32,000 nucleotides of DNA, taken from the NCBI RefSeq assembly GCF_000179635.2, contig NC_014833.1:210001-242000 (forward strand), written 5' to 3'. The position numbers and the translations under genes are program-made. Under the pieces are notes generated by a model. The model had not been told where the DNA came from. It worked only from the letters and a program-made list of their open reading frames with translations, and searched no databases. This document shows, piece by piece, positions 14,542-21,800 of the stretch; within the stretch, counting starts at the first letter, position 1; each line of letters opens with the position of its first letter. This DNA comes from Ruminococcus albus 7 = DSM 20455 (GTDB lineage Bacteria; Bacillota; Clostridia; Oscillospirales; Ruminococcaceae).

Positions 14542-14570
14542 AGTATACACCAATCCGGACAGTTTGTCAA
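14542..14570 (-). promoter_or_regulatory. Sigma-A type promoter of glnN
   Basis: On the minus strand: TTGACA (14565-14570), 17-nt spacer, TATACT (14542-14547). Confidence 0.65.
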
Positions 14571-14729
14571 GGGGTTTTTGGATTTTCAGCCAAAAGGACA
14601 AATCAAAGTGCTGTCTGTCGTTGCGGTTTGGTGCATTCATCCCAAAAGTTAGCTTCTGCAGTTGTAGGATATGCTGAACTTATTATAAGCTGAAAATACC
14701 GTCACAGCGAAGTTTTCATGTGTTTTTCA

Positions 14730-14758
14730 TTGACAGCGGACATAAAATGTGTTATCAT
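14730..14758 (+). promoter_or_regulatory. Sigma-A type promoter of the 14848 gene
   Basis: TTGACA (14730-14735), 17-nt spacer, TATCAT (14753-14758). Confidence 0.6.
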
Positions 14759-14786
14759 TATGGATAACGATGAGGGGACGGCACCC

Positions 14787-14876
14787 ATGATAAAAAACGG
14801 ACATCGTACAACAGAAAAAGGTTTTAGTTACAAAGGGGAGGACACCCATGATAAAAAACATTATTGTAACGGATGA
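14787..14876 (+). CDS. Candidate 29-codon upstream ORF (MIKNGHRTTEKGFSYKGEDTHDKKHYCNG) overlapping the start of the downstream gene
   Basis: It has its own SD (GAGGGGA, 14772-14778) and an ATG at 14787. It is out of frame with the 14848 ORF and stops at TGA 14874-14876, 27 nt inside that ORF. It arises from a 27-nt direct repeat of the downstream ribosome-binding site and start. Confidence 0.3.
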   Translation: MIKNGHRTTEKGFSYKGEDTHDKKHYCNG

Positions 14877-16536
14877 AAACGGCAAAATGATAGGCACCAC
14901 CTACCCTAAAAGGGCAGCTGGGCTTGTAAAGAACGGTCGGGCAGAGTATGTCAGCGACTGTGAGATAAGACTGATATCTGCTCACGCTCCGACCGCAGAG
15001 ATAAAAACGGAGGAACAACAGATGAGCAAGATAATAGAATTTGATGCGAGAAAATTCGCATTTGACAAGAGCTGCCGCTCCAATTCGGGGCTGCGTACAT
15101 TTATCACCCTTTCCCTTGGCACTGCCGAGGTATGGGAGATAGGTGACCATGACAGACACAGGTCACAGATAATCAGCAGGATGAAGCTGCAGAGGTTCAC
15201 TGATTATACTTTCCGCTTTGCTATGGTGGGCGGTCATAATGAGAATGGTGATGAGGTATCCCTTGTGAATATCTTCCCTGAGAACAGGTGGGATGACAGA
15301 CTTACCTATGCACTGGACAAGGACCGCTACGAGCCTGTTATCAGCAAGCGTGACAAGACAGGTCTGCTGAGGGTATTCGAGCTGCCTTTCAACTCGGGTA
15401 ATGCTGAGGATTGGTGCATAGTCATCACTCAGGAAAAAGCACCTGCAAAGTTCACAGCACCCCTGCCTCTTGATGCTTACGCAGGGCTTGAGAATATGAC
15501 TTACCGTCAGTGGATCAACGAGAACGGCAAAAAGCGCAGCTTTTTCAACAGAGAGCCAAACAAGGACAGCGGTTTCATATTCCGTGACCCCTTTGCAGGC
15601 GGAAGTACTTTCAGAAAACTGATAGATATGGCAAAGCAGGGTGCAGATGTTGACAGTATAATAGAAAAGGCAAGGAGAGGCTTTGACCTTGAAAGTCTTA
15701 TCGAACAGGTAAAGCAGGGCATAGACCCCGACGGCGAACTTTTCGGCTGCGAGAAGAGCACTCCCGATTATGTGGATAACGGCAGCGACAACGCAAGCGG
15801 TTTCACCACAGGTTCAAACGGTATGAACGTCAACTGCACTGACCTTGATATCAACGAGAGCGAGTTTGCAGAAAAGCTTTTGCAGATAGGAAGCGGCTGC
15901 ACTTTCAGGATGACAGATGTGAATATCGGTCCCTGCGGCGACAGAAGCTGCATGATTATAGGCAGCCCGACCTCGGGCAGCACCCTGTGCTTTGAGGATG
16001 TGACCATGACCTCATATGCGCTTTCGATGATAATGGCTAAGGTCGGCGGAGGATGCGTAGTTACATTCACTGATGTTACCATTACCGCGGACGGCGTGGA
16101 TTCCATGATAGATGCCGATAACGATGCAAGCGGAATAAAATTCGTGCTGAACGATGTTACTCTGCCAAAGCAGGCACTTGACCTTATCTATTCAAAGATA
16201 AAGACAGGCAGCACCATCACAGCCAACAATATTTCTTCCACATTTACAGCATCTTCGGAAACACAGGAAAAACCTGCGGCTGAAAAGAACGTACAGCAGG
16301 GCAAGGAAGAAGCACGCGGCGGATATTTCTTCAAGGATATGCTGAAAAGCACTTTTGAAAATGCGGCTGAGAGCTTCAACACTTTCGGAGAGATGATGCG
16401 CAAAGCTGAGAACGATATATCTAATGTGATCGGTGATATCGTGAACGATAAGAACGGTTCTGGCGATGCTCCCGACAAAAAGGAGAATGCCGAGCCTGAA
16501 ACTGATGACAGTGTTGATACTGACGGCGAAGAATAA
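14848..16536 (+). CDS. Hypothetical 562-aa protein with a small N-terminal domain, a central repeat region and an acidic tail
   Basis: The long ORF has SD GGGGAGGA 6 nt upstream. Internal repeats of about 25-28 aa appear as TFRMTDVNI, LCFEDVTMT, VTFTDVTIT and KFVLNDVTL. The C-terminus is acidic and low-complexity (ETDDSVDTDGEE). I recognise no enzymatic motif. Confidence 0.85.
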   Translation: MIKNIIVTDENGKMIGTTYPKRAAGLVKNGRAEYVSDCEIRLISAHAPTAEIKTEEQQMSKIIEFDARKFAFDKSCRSNSGLRTFITLSLGTAEVWEIGDHDRHRSQIISRMKLQRFTDYTFRFAMVGGHNENGDEVSLVNIFPENRWDDRLTYALDKDRYEPVISKRDKTGLLRVFELPFNSGNAEDWCIVITQEKAPAKFTAPLPLDAYAGLENMTYRQWINENGKKRSFFNREPNKDSGFIFRDPFAGGSTFRKLIDMAKQGADVDSIIEKARRGFDLESLIEQVKQGIDPDGELFGCEKSTPDYVDNGSDNASGFTTGSNGMNVNCTDLDINESEFAEKLLQIGSGCTFRMTDVNIGPCGDRSCMIIGSPTSGSTLCFEDVTMTSYALSMIMAKVGGGCVVTFTDVTITADGVDSMIDADNDASGIKFVLNDVTLPKQALDLIYSKIKTGSTITANNISSTFTASSETQEKPAAEKNVQQGKEEARGGYFFKDMLKSTFENAAESFNTFGEMMRKAENDISNVIGDIVNDKNGSGDAPDKKENAEPETDDSVDTDGEE

Positions 16537-16541
16537 TGTAT

Positions 16542-16575
16542 ATACGGCACGTGAAAACCACGTGCCGTATTTTTA
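16542..16575 (+). terminator. Intrinsic terminator
   Basis: ATACGGCACGTG-AAAAC-CACGTGCCGTAT forms a perfect 12-bp stem followed by TTTT. Confidence 0.8.
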
Positions 16576-16677
16576 CACAAAATGGAAGACCGTATTTCGT
16601 GCATTAAGCCGATAGAAGATAATGCAATAAAAGTGTTATAATATATAAATGAAACATAGTCAAAAGGAGGACTGATC

Positions 16678-17205
16678 ATGAGCGATGTTATCGAAAAGAT
16701 CATCACAAGAAGAAGTGTAAAGGCTTTCACAGACGAAATGCCTACCGAGGAACAGCTCGAAGCTATCCTGAAAGCCGGTACCTATGCACCTACGGGCATG
16801 AACAGACAAGCACCCATAATGATAGCTGTTACAAACAAAGAGGTGCGTGATAAGCTTTCTGCCATGAATGCTCGTATAATGGGCATGGAAGGGAAGATAG
16901 ACCCATTCTACGGTGCACCTGTTGTCATAATAGTTCTGGCTGATAAAAGTGTCAACACCCGCGTTTATGACGGCAGCCTTGTTATGGCTAATCTTATGCT
17001 GGCAGCCCATGATCTTGGTCTGGGCAGCTGCTGGATACACCGCGCGAAAGAGGAATTTGAAACCGATGAGGGCAAGGCTCTGCTGGCAGACCTTGGTATC
17101 ACAGGTGAGTATGAGGGTATAGGTCACTGTATAGTCGGACATATCAAGGGTGATTATCCCGCAGAAAAGCCGCGTAAAGAAAACTATGTATATTATATAA
17201 AGTAA
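16678..17205 (+). CDS. Nitroreductase family protein (FMN-dependent)
   Basis: It has the RRSVKAFTDE N-terminal motif, AGTYAPTGMNRQ, and GLGSCWI. Length is 175 aa and the SD is AAGGAGG. Confidence 0.9.
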   Translation: MSDVIEKIITRRSVKAFTDEMPTEEQLEAILKAGTYAPTGMNRQAPIMIAVTNKEVRDKLSAMNARIMGMEGKIDPFYGAPVVIIVLADKSVNTRVYDGSLVMANLMLAAHDLGLGSCWIHRAKEEFETDEGKALLADLGITGEYEGIGHCIVGHIKGDYPAEKPRKENYVYYIK

Positions 17206-17218
17206 GGAGGACATTACT

Positions 17219-17560
17219 ATGCCATTCATAAATATAAAGACCAATGCAGCTGTTACCCCCGATAAGGAGGAGAGCATAAAATCTGCTATGGGTCAGGCAA
17301 TAACCGCTATCCCCGGCAAGTCTGAAAGCTGGCTCATGGTAGGTATCGAGCCTGAGTACAAACTCTGGTTCAAGGGTACCAAAGATCCTGCAGCTATGGT
17401 ACAGGTAAGCATATACGGTACTGCCGACAGATCTGCAAAGAATAAGCTCACAGGCAAGATATCCGAGATAATCGGTGACGAACTCGGTATCAGCCCGTCA
17501 CGTATATATGTAAGCTACACCGATACCCCCGACTGGGGCTGGAACGGCGCTAATTTCTGA
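17219..17560 (+). CDS. Tautomerase / MIF-family protein
   Basis: MPFINIKTN provides Pro-1 after Met removal. The 113-aa length is MIF-like. SD AAGGAGG lies upstream, 13 nt after the preceding stop. Confidence 0.8.
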   Translation: MPFINIKTNAAVTPDKEESIKSAMGQAITAIPGKSESWLMVGIEPEYKLWFKGTKDPAAMVQVSIYGTADRSAKNKLTGKISEIIGDELGISPSRIYVSYTDTPDWGWNGANF

Positions 17561-17568
17561 TAACAAAA

Positions 17569-17596
17569 AGCCCTTGTCTGATATCGGACAAGGGCT
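17569..17596. terminator. Bidirectional terminator between convergent genes
   Basis: AGCCCTTGTC-(8 nt)-GACAAGGGCT forms a perfect 10-bp stem. It is flanked by AAAAA upstream (TTTTT on the minus strand) and GTATTTATT downstream. Confidence 0.75.
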
Positions 17597-17600
17597 GTAT

Positions 17601-18617
17601 TTATTCTGAAATGGCGTCAAGAGAAAGGGTAGCTATGCCATTTAGGGAGCCGTCGGCACGTTTGCCAGCAAGAAAATCGTAATAGCCCTGACAGGATATC
17701 ATGGCACCGTTGTCTCCGCAGTATTTAAGCTCAGGCATATACACCTTGAAACCGCGCTTGTCGCATTCCTTTTGCAGCAGTTCTCTTACACCCGAATTAG
17801 CAGAAACACCACCTGCAAGACCTATGGTCTTGTAGCCGAGGTTTTCTGCAGCCAGCATGGTCTTATCTACCAGTGCTTTAGCCACTGTTGCCTGGAATGA
17901 AGCCGCCATGCCTTCGCGGTCTATGGGAACACCTTTCTGTTCGGCGTTGTGGACGAGATTTATCACCGCGGTCTTCAGTCCCGAAAAGCTCAGGTCGTAC
18001 TCACTGCCCTGCACACGGGGCTTAGGCAGAGCGTAGGCCTTTGGGTCGCCCTGCTTTGCGGCGGCATCTATGAACTTTCCGCCCGGGTATTCGTAGCCCA
18101 GTGTTCTTGCCACCTTGTCAAAGCACTCACCTGCCGCATCATCACGAGTTCTGCCGACAACGTGGTAGTGGGTATAATCCTTTACCTCGACGATATGGGA
18201 ATGTCCGCCCGAAGCGACAAGGCAGAGATATGGCGGTTCAAGGTCGGGATGGGAGATATAGTTTGAAGCGATGTGTCCCGCGATGTGATGTACGGGTACA
18301 AGAGGCTTTTTGGTGCTCATCGCAAGTCCCTTGGCAAAGCTTACACCAACCAGCAGCGCACCTATCAGTCCCGGTGCGTAGGTGACGGCTATAGCATCTA
18401 TGTCATCCATTGTGCAGTTTGCTTCTTCCAGTGCGGCTTTTGCCACCCATGAGATATTCTCCGCATGGCGGCGTGAAGCTATCTCGGGGACAACTCCGCC
18501 GTAGAGCCTGTGTTCATCTATCTGTGAAGCGACGATGTTTGAAAGTACTGTCCTTCCGTTCTCCGTAACGGATATGGCAGTTTCGTCGCAAGAGCTTTCT
18601 ATTCCTAAGATCTTCAT
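17601..18617 (-). CDS. tsaD: tRNA N6-adenosine threonylcarbamoyltransferase
   Basis: It has the N-terminus MKILGIESSCDET, the metal-binding VPVHHIAGH, and GGVSAN. Start ATG 18617 is preceded by GGAGGA; the track's longer start has no ribosome-binding site. Confidence 0.93.
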   Translation of the reverse strand: MKILGIESSCDETAISVTENGRTVLSNIVASQIDEHRLYGGVVPEIASRRHAENISWVAKAALEEANCTMDDIDAIAVTYAPGLIGALLVGVSFAKGLAMSTKKPLVPVHHIAGHIASNYISHPDLEPPYLCLVASGGHSHIVEVKDYTHYHVVGRTRDDAAGECFDKVARTLGYEYPGGKFIDAAAKQGDPKAYALPKPRVQGSEYDLSFSGLKTAVINLVHNAEQKGVPIDREGMAASFQATVAKALVDKTMLAAENLGYKTIGLAGGVSANSGVRELLQKECDKRGFKVYMPELKYCGDNGAMISCQGYYDFLAGKRADGSLNGIATLSLDAISE

Positions 18618-18646
18618 ATTATCCTCCGTATCGGGCATCAGCCCGT

Positions 18647-19387
18647 TCAGCGTTTGTGTATCAAACAGCATTCCGCTGTTTTGAAAAACCCAAGTTTCAG
18701 CGCAAGTCCTGCCGAAGCTGTATTCCTCGAATGGCACGCCCATACGGGAACTTTACCGCTTTGCAGTATATACTCGGTCATCTTTGCGGCAACGCAGTAT
18801 GCAAGTCCTTTCCTGCGGAACTCCTCTGCTGTTTCAACACCTGTATCGACTTCATTTCCGCCAATAGCAGCCGAAAAAGCCCATGCTGCAGGTCTGTCCT
18901 CAAAGGTCACACAGAAGCCTGTTCCTCCCGTGAGGAATCTCTCTGTATCCTCCCACGAAAATGCAGGTACGATACGCCCCTCAGTCTGCGATATCAGCCC
19001 GAGGTCAAACCGTTTCAAAGTGTATCCGTCTGGCAGGTGATATATCGGCGGTGAGTTCTTTTTATATTCAAAGAAAAGTCTGCTGTCCACAGCAAACTCT
19101 TCACGGAAATGTTCTGCCATTTCATCGTCGGCAAACAGCATCAGACGCCGTCCGCCGGTCAGCATAAGTTCTTTGACACTGTTTATAAATGTATCATCAG
19201 CTTCTCCTGCAATATGCCCGAAACCGCACAGATGATGAAACAGCACAGCCTTTCCGTCGGTATATATATCCCCTGTCTGCCTGTTTTCGGCAATTGAAAG
19301 CGGATATACCTTGCCGAAAGGCAGAGCATCAGCGATATGTATATATTCGCTGTGTTCTTTTTGTGGTATCTTCCTGAATACAGCCAT
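18647..19387 (-). CDS. GNAT-family N-acetyltransferase (two-domain)
   Basis: The C-terminal acetyl-CoA binding-like segment is FRRKGLAYCVAAKM...NTASAGLALKLGF. SD GAGGTGG lies upstream. Confidence 0.75.
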   Translation of the reverse strand: MAVFRKIPQKEHSEYIHIADALPFGKVYPLSIAENRQTGDIYTDGKAVLFHHLCGFGHIAGEADDTFINSVKELMLTGGRRLMLFADDEMAEHFREEFAVDSRLFFEYKKNSPPIYHLPDGYTLKRFDLGLISQTEGRIVPAFSWEDTERFLTGGTGFCVTFEDRPAAWAFSAAIGGNEVDTGVETAEEFRRKGLAYCVAAKMTEYILQSGKVPVWACHSRNTASAGLALKLGFFKTAECCLIHKR

Positions 19388-19401
19388 GATCCACCTCGTT
19401 A

Positions 19402-19836
19402 TCAGGTGCTTTGCTTAGTCATTATAACAGCGTTTTCGCAAGGGTCATCGTAAAAGTTCCTGCGCACTCCCGCTTTTTCAAACCCCAGACTTTCATACAG
19501 CGCTATTGCCGCCGAATTCGACTCCCTGACCTCCAGCACCCAGCTTTCGGCTTCGGAAAGCTCCTTGAATATCTCGTCAAACATCGCCCGCGCAATTCCC
19601 TGTCTGCGGAATTCGGGAAGTACACAGATATTATTTATCTCAGCCTCTCCTGCTATGTACCAGCAGCTGAGAAAACCTGCAGCTTTGCCTTCTGCGTATG
19701 CAAGCAGAGTGCGGTCATTCGGATTATTCAGCTGTGCCCGACAGACTTCCTCGCTCCAGGCTTCTTTCAGACAGGCAGCAGAGAGTGCTGCGGCTTCTGC
19801 CACATTATCCTCTGTCATAGGTACTATTTTCAGCAT
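19402..19836 (-). CDS. rimI: Ribosomal-protein-alanine N-acetyltransferase
   Basis: It has the GNAT motif A RRQGIARAM and the sequence LEVRESNSAAIALYESLGFE..GVRRNFY typical of RimI. It sits next to tsaD. Confidence 0.85.
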   Translation of the reverse strand: MLKIVPMTEDNVAEAAALSAACLKEAWSEEVCRAQLNNPNDRTLLAYAEGKAAGFLSCWYIAGEAEINNICVLPEFRRQGIARAMFDEIFKELSEAESWVLEVRESNSAAIALYESLGFEKAGVRRNFYDDPCENAVIMTKQST

Positions 19837-20360
19837 GGCTTATCACCTGTCAGCAGATACGAACCTTCTGTCCGCAGTATCTTCACTGCAACGTTCCTGA
19901 ATCCTGCCGCCCTTGCCTTTTCCCTGAGGTCACGCGGCGGTGTACCAAGACCTGTATCACTGTCAAACGTGAATACGCATACAAATCGTCCGTCCGTTTT
20001 CAGCACCCTGAGTATCTCACAGAGTGCTGCTTTTTTGTCCTTCCACAAGGGTGGAGTGTACAGGGTGGTAACGCAGTCGAAAAAATTATCAAAATATGGA
20101 AGTTCTTCAATATCCGCCTGACCCATAAGAGCTATCTCATCGATGCTCCTGCTTCTGTCAGAGGGGGATATATCTATCCCGTAGAGGTCAAGTGGCTTGT
20201 CGCTCAGCTTTTGCAGCATTGTATCACTGCCAATACCTATATCCAGCAGTCTGCCGCCTATAGGTGCTTTGATGAACTGCCTTGCGGCAGCGTAATGTTC
20301 ATTGGATTCCTTTCGCCTGTTCAGGGCGTTTTTTACGTATTCAAAAAACATTAAGTTCAT
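19830..20360 (-). CDS. Class I SAM-dependent methyltransferase
   Basis: It has motif I LLDIGIGSD and LKTDGRF. I chose ATG 20358-20360 because it overlaps the hisC TGA stop (ATGA, translational coupling). The track's GTG 20375 start overlaps an SD-like AGGAG with no spacing. Confidence 0.72.
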   Translation of the reverse strand: MNLMFFEYVKNALNRRKESNEHYAAARQFIKAPIGGRLLDIGIGSDTMLQKLSDKPLDLYGIDISPSDRSRSIDEIALMGQADIEELPYFDNFFDCVTTLYTPPLWKDKKAALCEILRVLKTDGRFVCVFTFDSDTGLGTPPRDLREKARAAGFRNVAVKILRTEGSYLLTGDKPC

Positions 20361-21424
20361 CTGTTTTCGATACACTCCTTAACAGCGTCGATCAGCTTGT
20401 CCATCTGTTCATCAGTTCCGATGGTTATACGAAGCCATTTGTCTATAACGGGTTTTTTGAAGTAGCGTATGAATATACCCTTTTCTCTGGTATAGGCGAA
20501 TATCTCCTCTGCAGGGATAGTTGGGTGTGAAACGAACAGGAAGTTTGTTTCGCTGTCGGTTACCTTGAAGCCCATATCCCTGAATGCCTTTGCAGAACGG
20601 TCGCGGGTCGCCTTTATCTTTTCTACGGTATCGCGGAAATACTTCTCATCGTTAAGGCTGGCAATAGCTGTCTCGATAGCCAGCTGATCCAAAGGATAGC
20701 TGTTGTAGCTGTCCTTGACTGCCTGCATATAGCTGATAAGCTCGGGCTGTGCAAAAGCCATGCCGATCCTCATGCCTGCCAGTGAACGTGACTTGGAGAA
20801 TGTCTGGGTAACGATAAGATTATCGTACTCCCTGATAAGTTCAACGCAGCTGTAACGTCCGAAATCCACATAAGCCTCGTCGATGATAACTATAACATCG
20901 CGGTTGTGTTCAAGCAGGTCGATGATGAAGTCCTTGCCTACTCCGATAGCTGTAGGTGCATTCGGGTTTGGTATTACCACACCGCCGTTCTCGGGATAGA
21001 AGTCCTTTACATTTATAAGGAAGTCGCAGTCAACGGGCTTGGTCTCATAGGGTATTTTCAGAAGCTCACACCATACAGGATAAAAACTGTATGTTATATC
21101 GGGGTAGAATACAGGTTTATCCGAGTTGAAAAATGCTCTGAAAGCTGTTGCGAGCACATCGTCCGAGCCGTTGCCGCAGAACACATTCTCAGGTGCAAGA
21201 CCGTATCTTTCAGCGAGGGCTGCCTTCAGCGGCACAGCATCCGCAGAGGGATATTTTTTCAGATCAAATATATCCTTTCGGCGCAGTACATCCTGTACAC
21301 CTGCCGCAGGTGGATAAGGGTTCTCGTTGGCATTCAGCTTTATGATGTTTTCATTCTTCGGCTGTTCGCCTGCTACATACGGTTCGATATTTATAAGATT
21401 TTTTCTCCAAAGTTTTTCACTCAT
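20357..21424 (-). CDS. hisC: Histidinol-phosphate aminotransferase
   Basis: The PLP-lysine context is TFSKSRSLAGMRIG. The N-terminus has KLNANENPYP, and GNGSDD is present. Length is 355 aa and SD AAGGAG lies 8 nt upstream. Confidence 0.92.
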   Translation of the reverse strand: MSEKLWRKNLINIEPYVAGEQPKNENIIKLNANENPYPPAAGVQDVLRRKDIFDLKKYPSADAVPLKAALAERYGLAPENVFCGNGSDDVLATAFRAFFNSDKPVFYPDITYSFYPVWCELLKIPYETKPVDCDFLINVKDFYPENGGVVIPNPNAPTAIGVGKDFIIDLLEHNRDVIVIIDEAYVDFGRYSCVELIREYDNLIVTQTFSKSRSLAGMRIGMAFAQPELISYMQAVKDSYNSYPLDQLAIETAIASLNDEKYFRDTVEKIKATRDRSAKAFRDMGFKVTDSETNFLFVSHPTIPAEEIFAYTREKGIFIRYFKKPVIDKWLRITIGTDEQMDKLIDAVKECIENR

Positions 21425-21462
21425 TCCAATGCACTCCTTACATTTCGGGCATATCCGATTAC

Positions 21463-21491
21463 ATTATATCACAATGGCGGCTTACTGTCAA
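21463..21491 (-). promoter_or_regulatory. Sigma-A type promoter of the hisC-tsaD operon
   Basis: On the minus strand: TTGACA (21486-21491), 17-nt spacer, TATAAT (21463-21468). Confidence 0.65.
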
Positions 21492-21495
21492 ATTC

Positions 21496-21519
21496 AGCAT
21501 GGTAAAGTATTACCATGCT
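21496..21519. promoter_or_regulatory. Perfect 10-bp palindrome abutting the hisC -35 box (possible operator)
   Basis: AGCATGGTAA-AGTA-TTACCATGCT. It ends 4 nt from the -35 hexamer and lies upstream of the promoter, so it is not part of the hisC mRNA. Confidence 0.4.
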
Positions 21520-21711
21520 ACCAACATAAACAAGTATAGCACACTTTGTTGTATATGTCAATAGCCGCATATTCGTTTTATGCATATCATACATTATGTT
21601 ACGTATAAGCATATCGCCTGATTATCATGTCCTATTATATGTGAATATTTCTTTTGCGGCGGCGTGGGAAAGCTATTTGATGAATATATTCAATTAATTT
21701 TCATCAAATGC

Positions 21712-21740
21712 TTGAAATTCGGTAAGTTTTCTGATATAAT
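21712..21740 (+). promoter_or_regulatory. Sigma-A type promoter of the GGDEF gene
   Basis: TTGAAA (21712-21717), 17-nt spacer, TATAAT (21735-21740). Confidence 0.65.
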
Positions 21741-21800
21741 TATATAAATGCATTTTGTTAGATGACTTCTGATGAGTATAGATGTTTTGGAGGAATGAAC

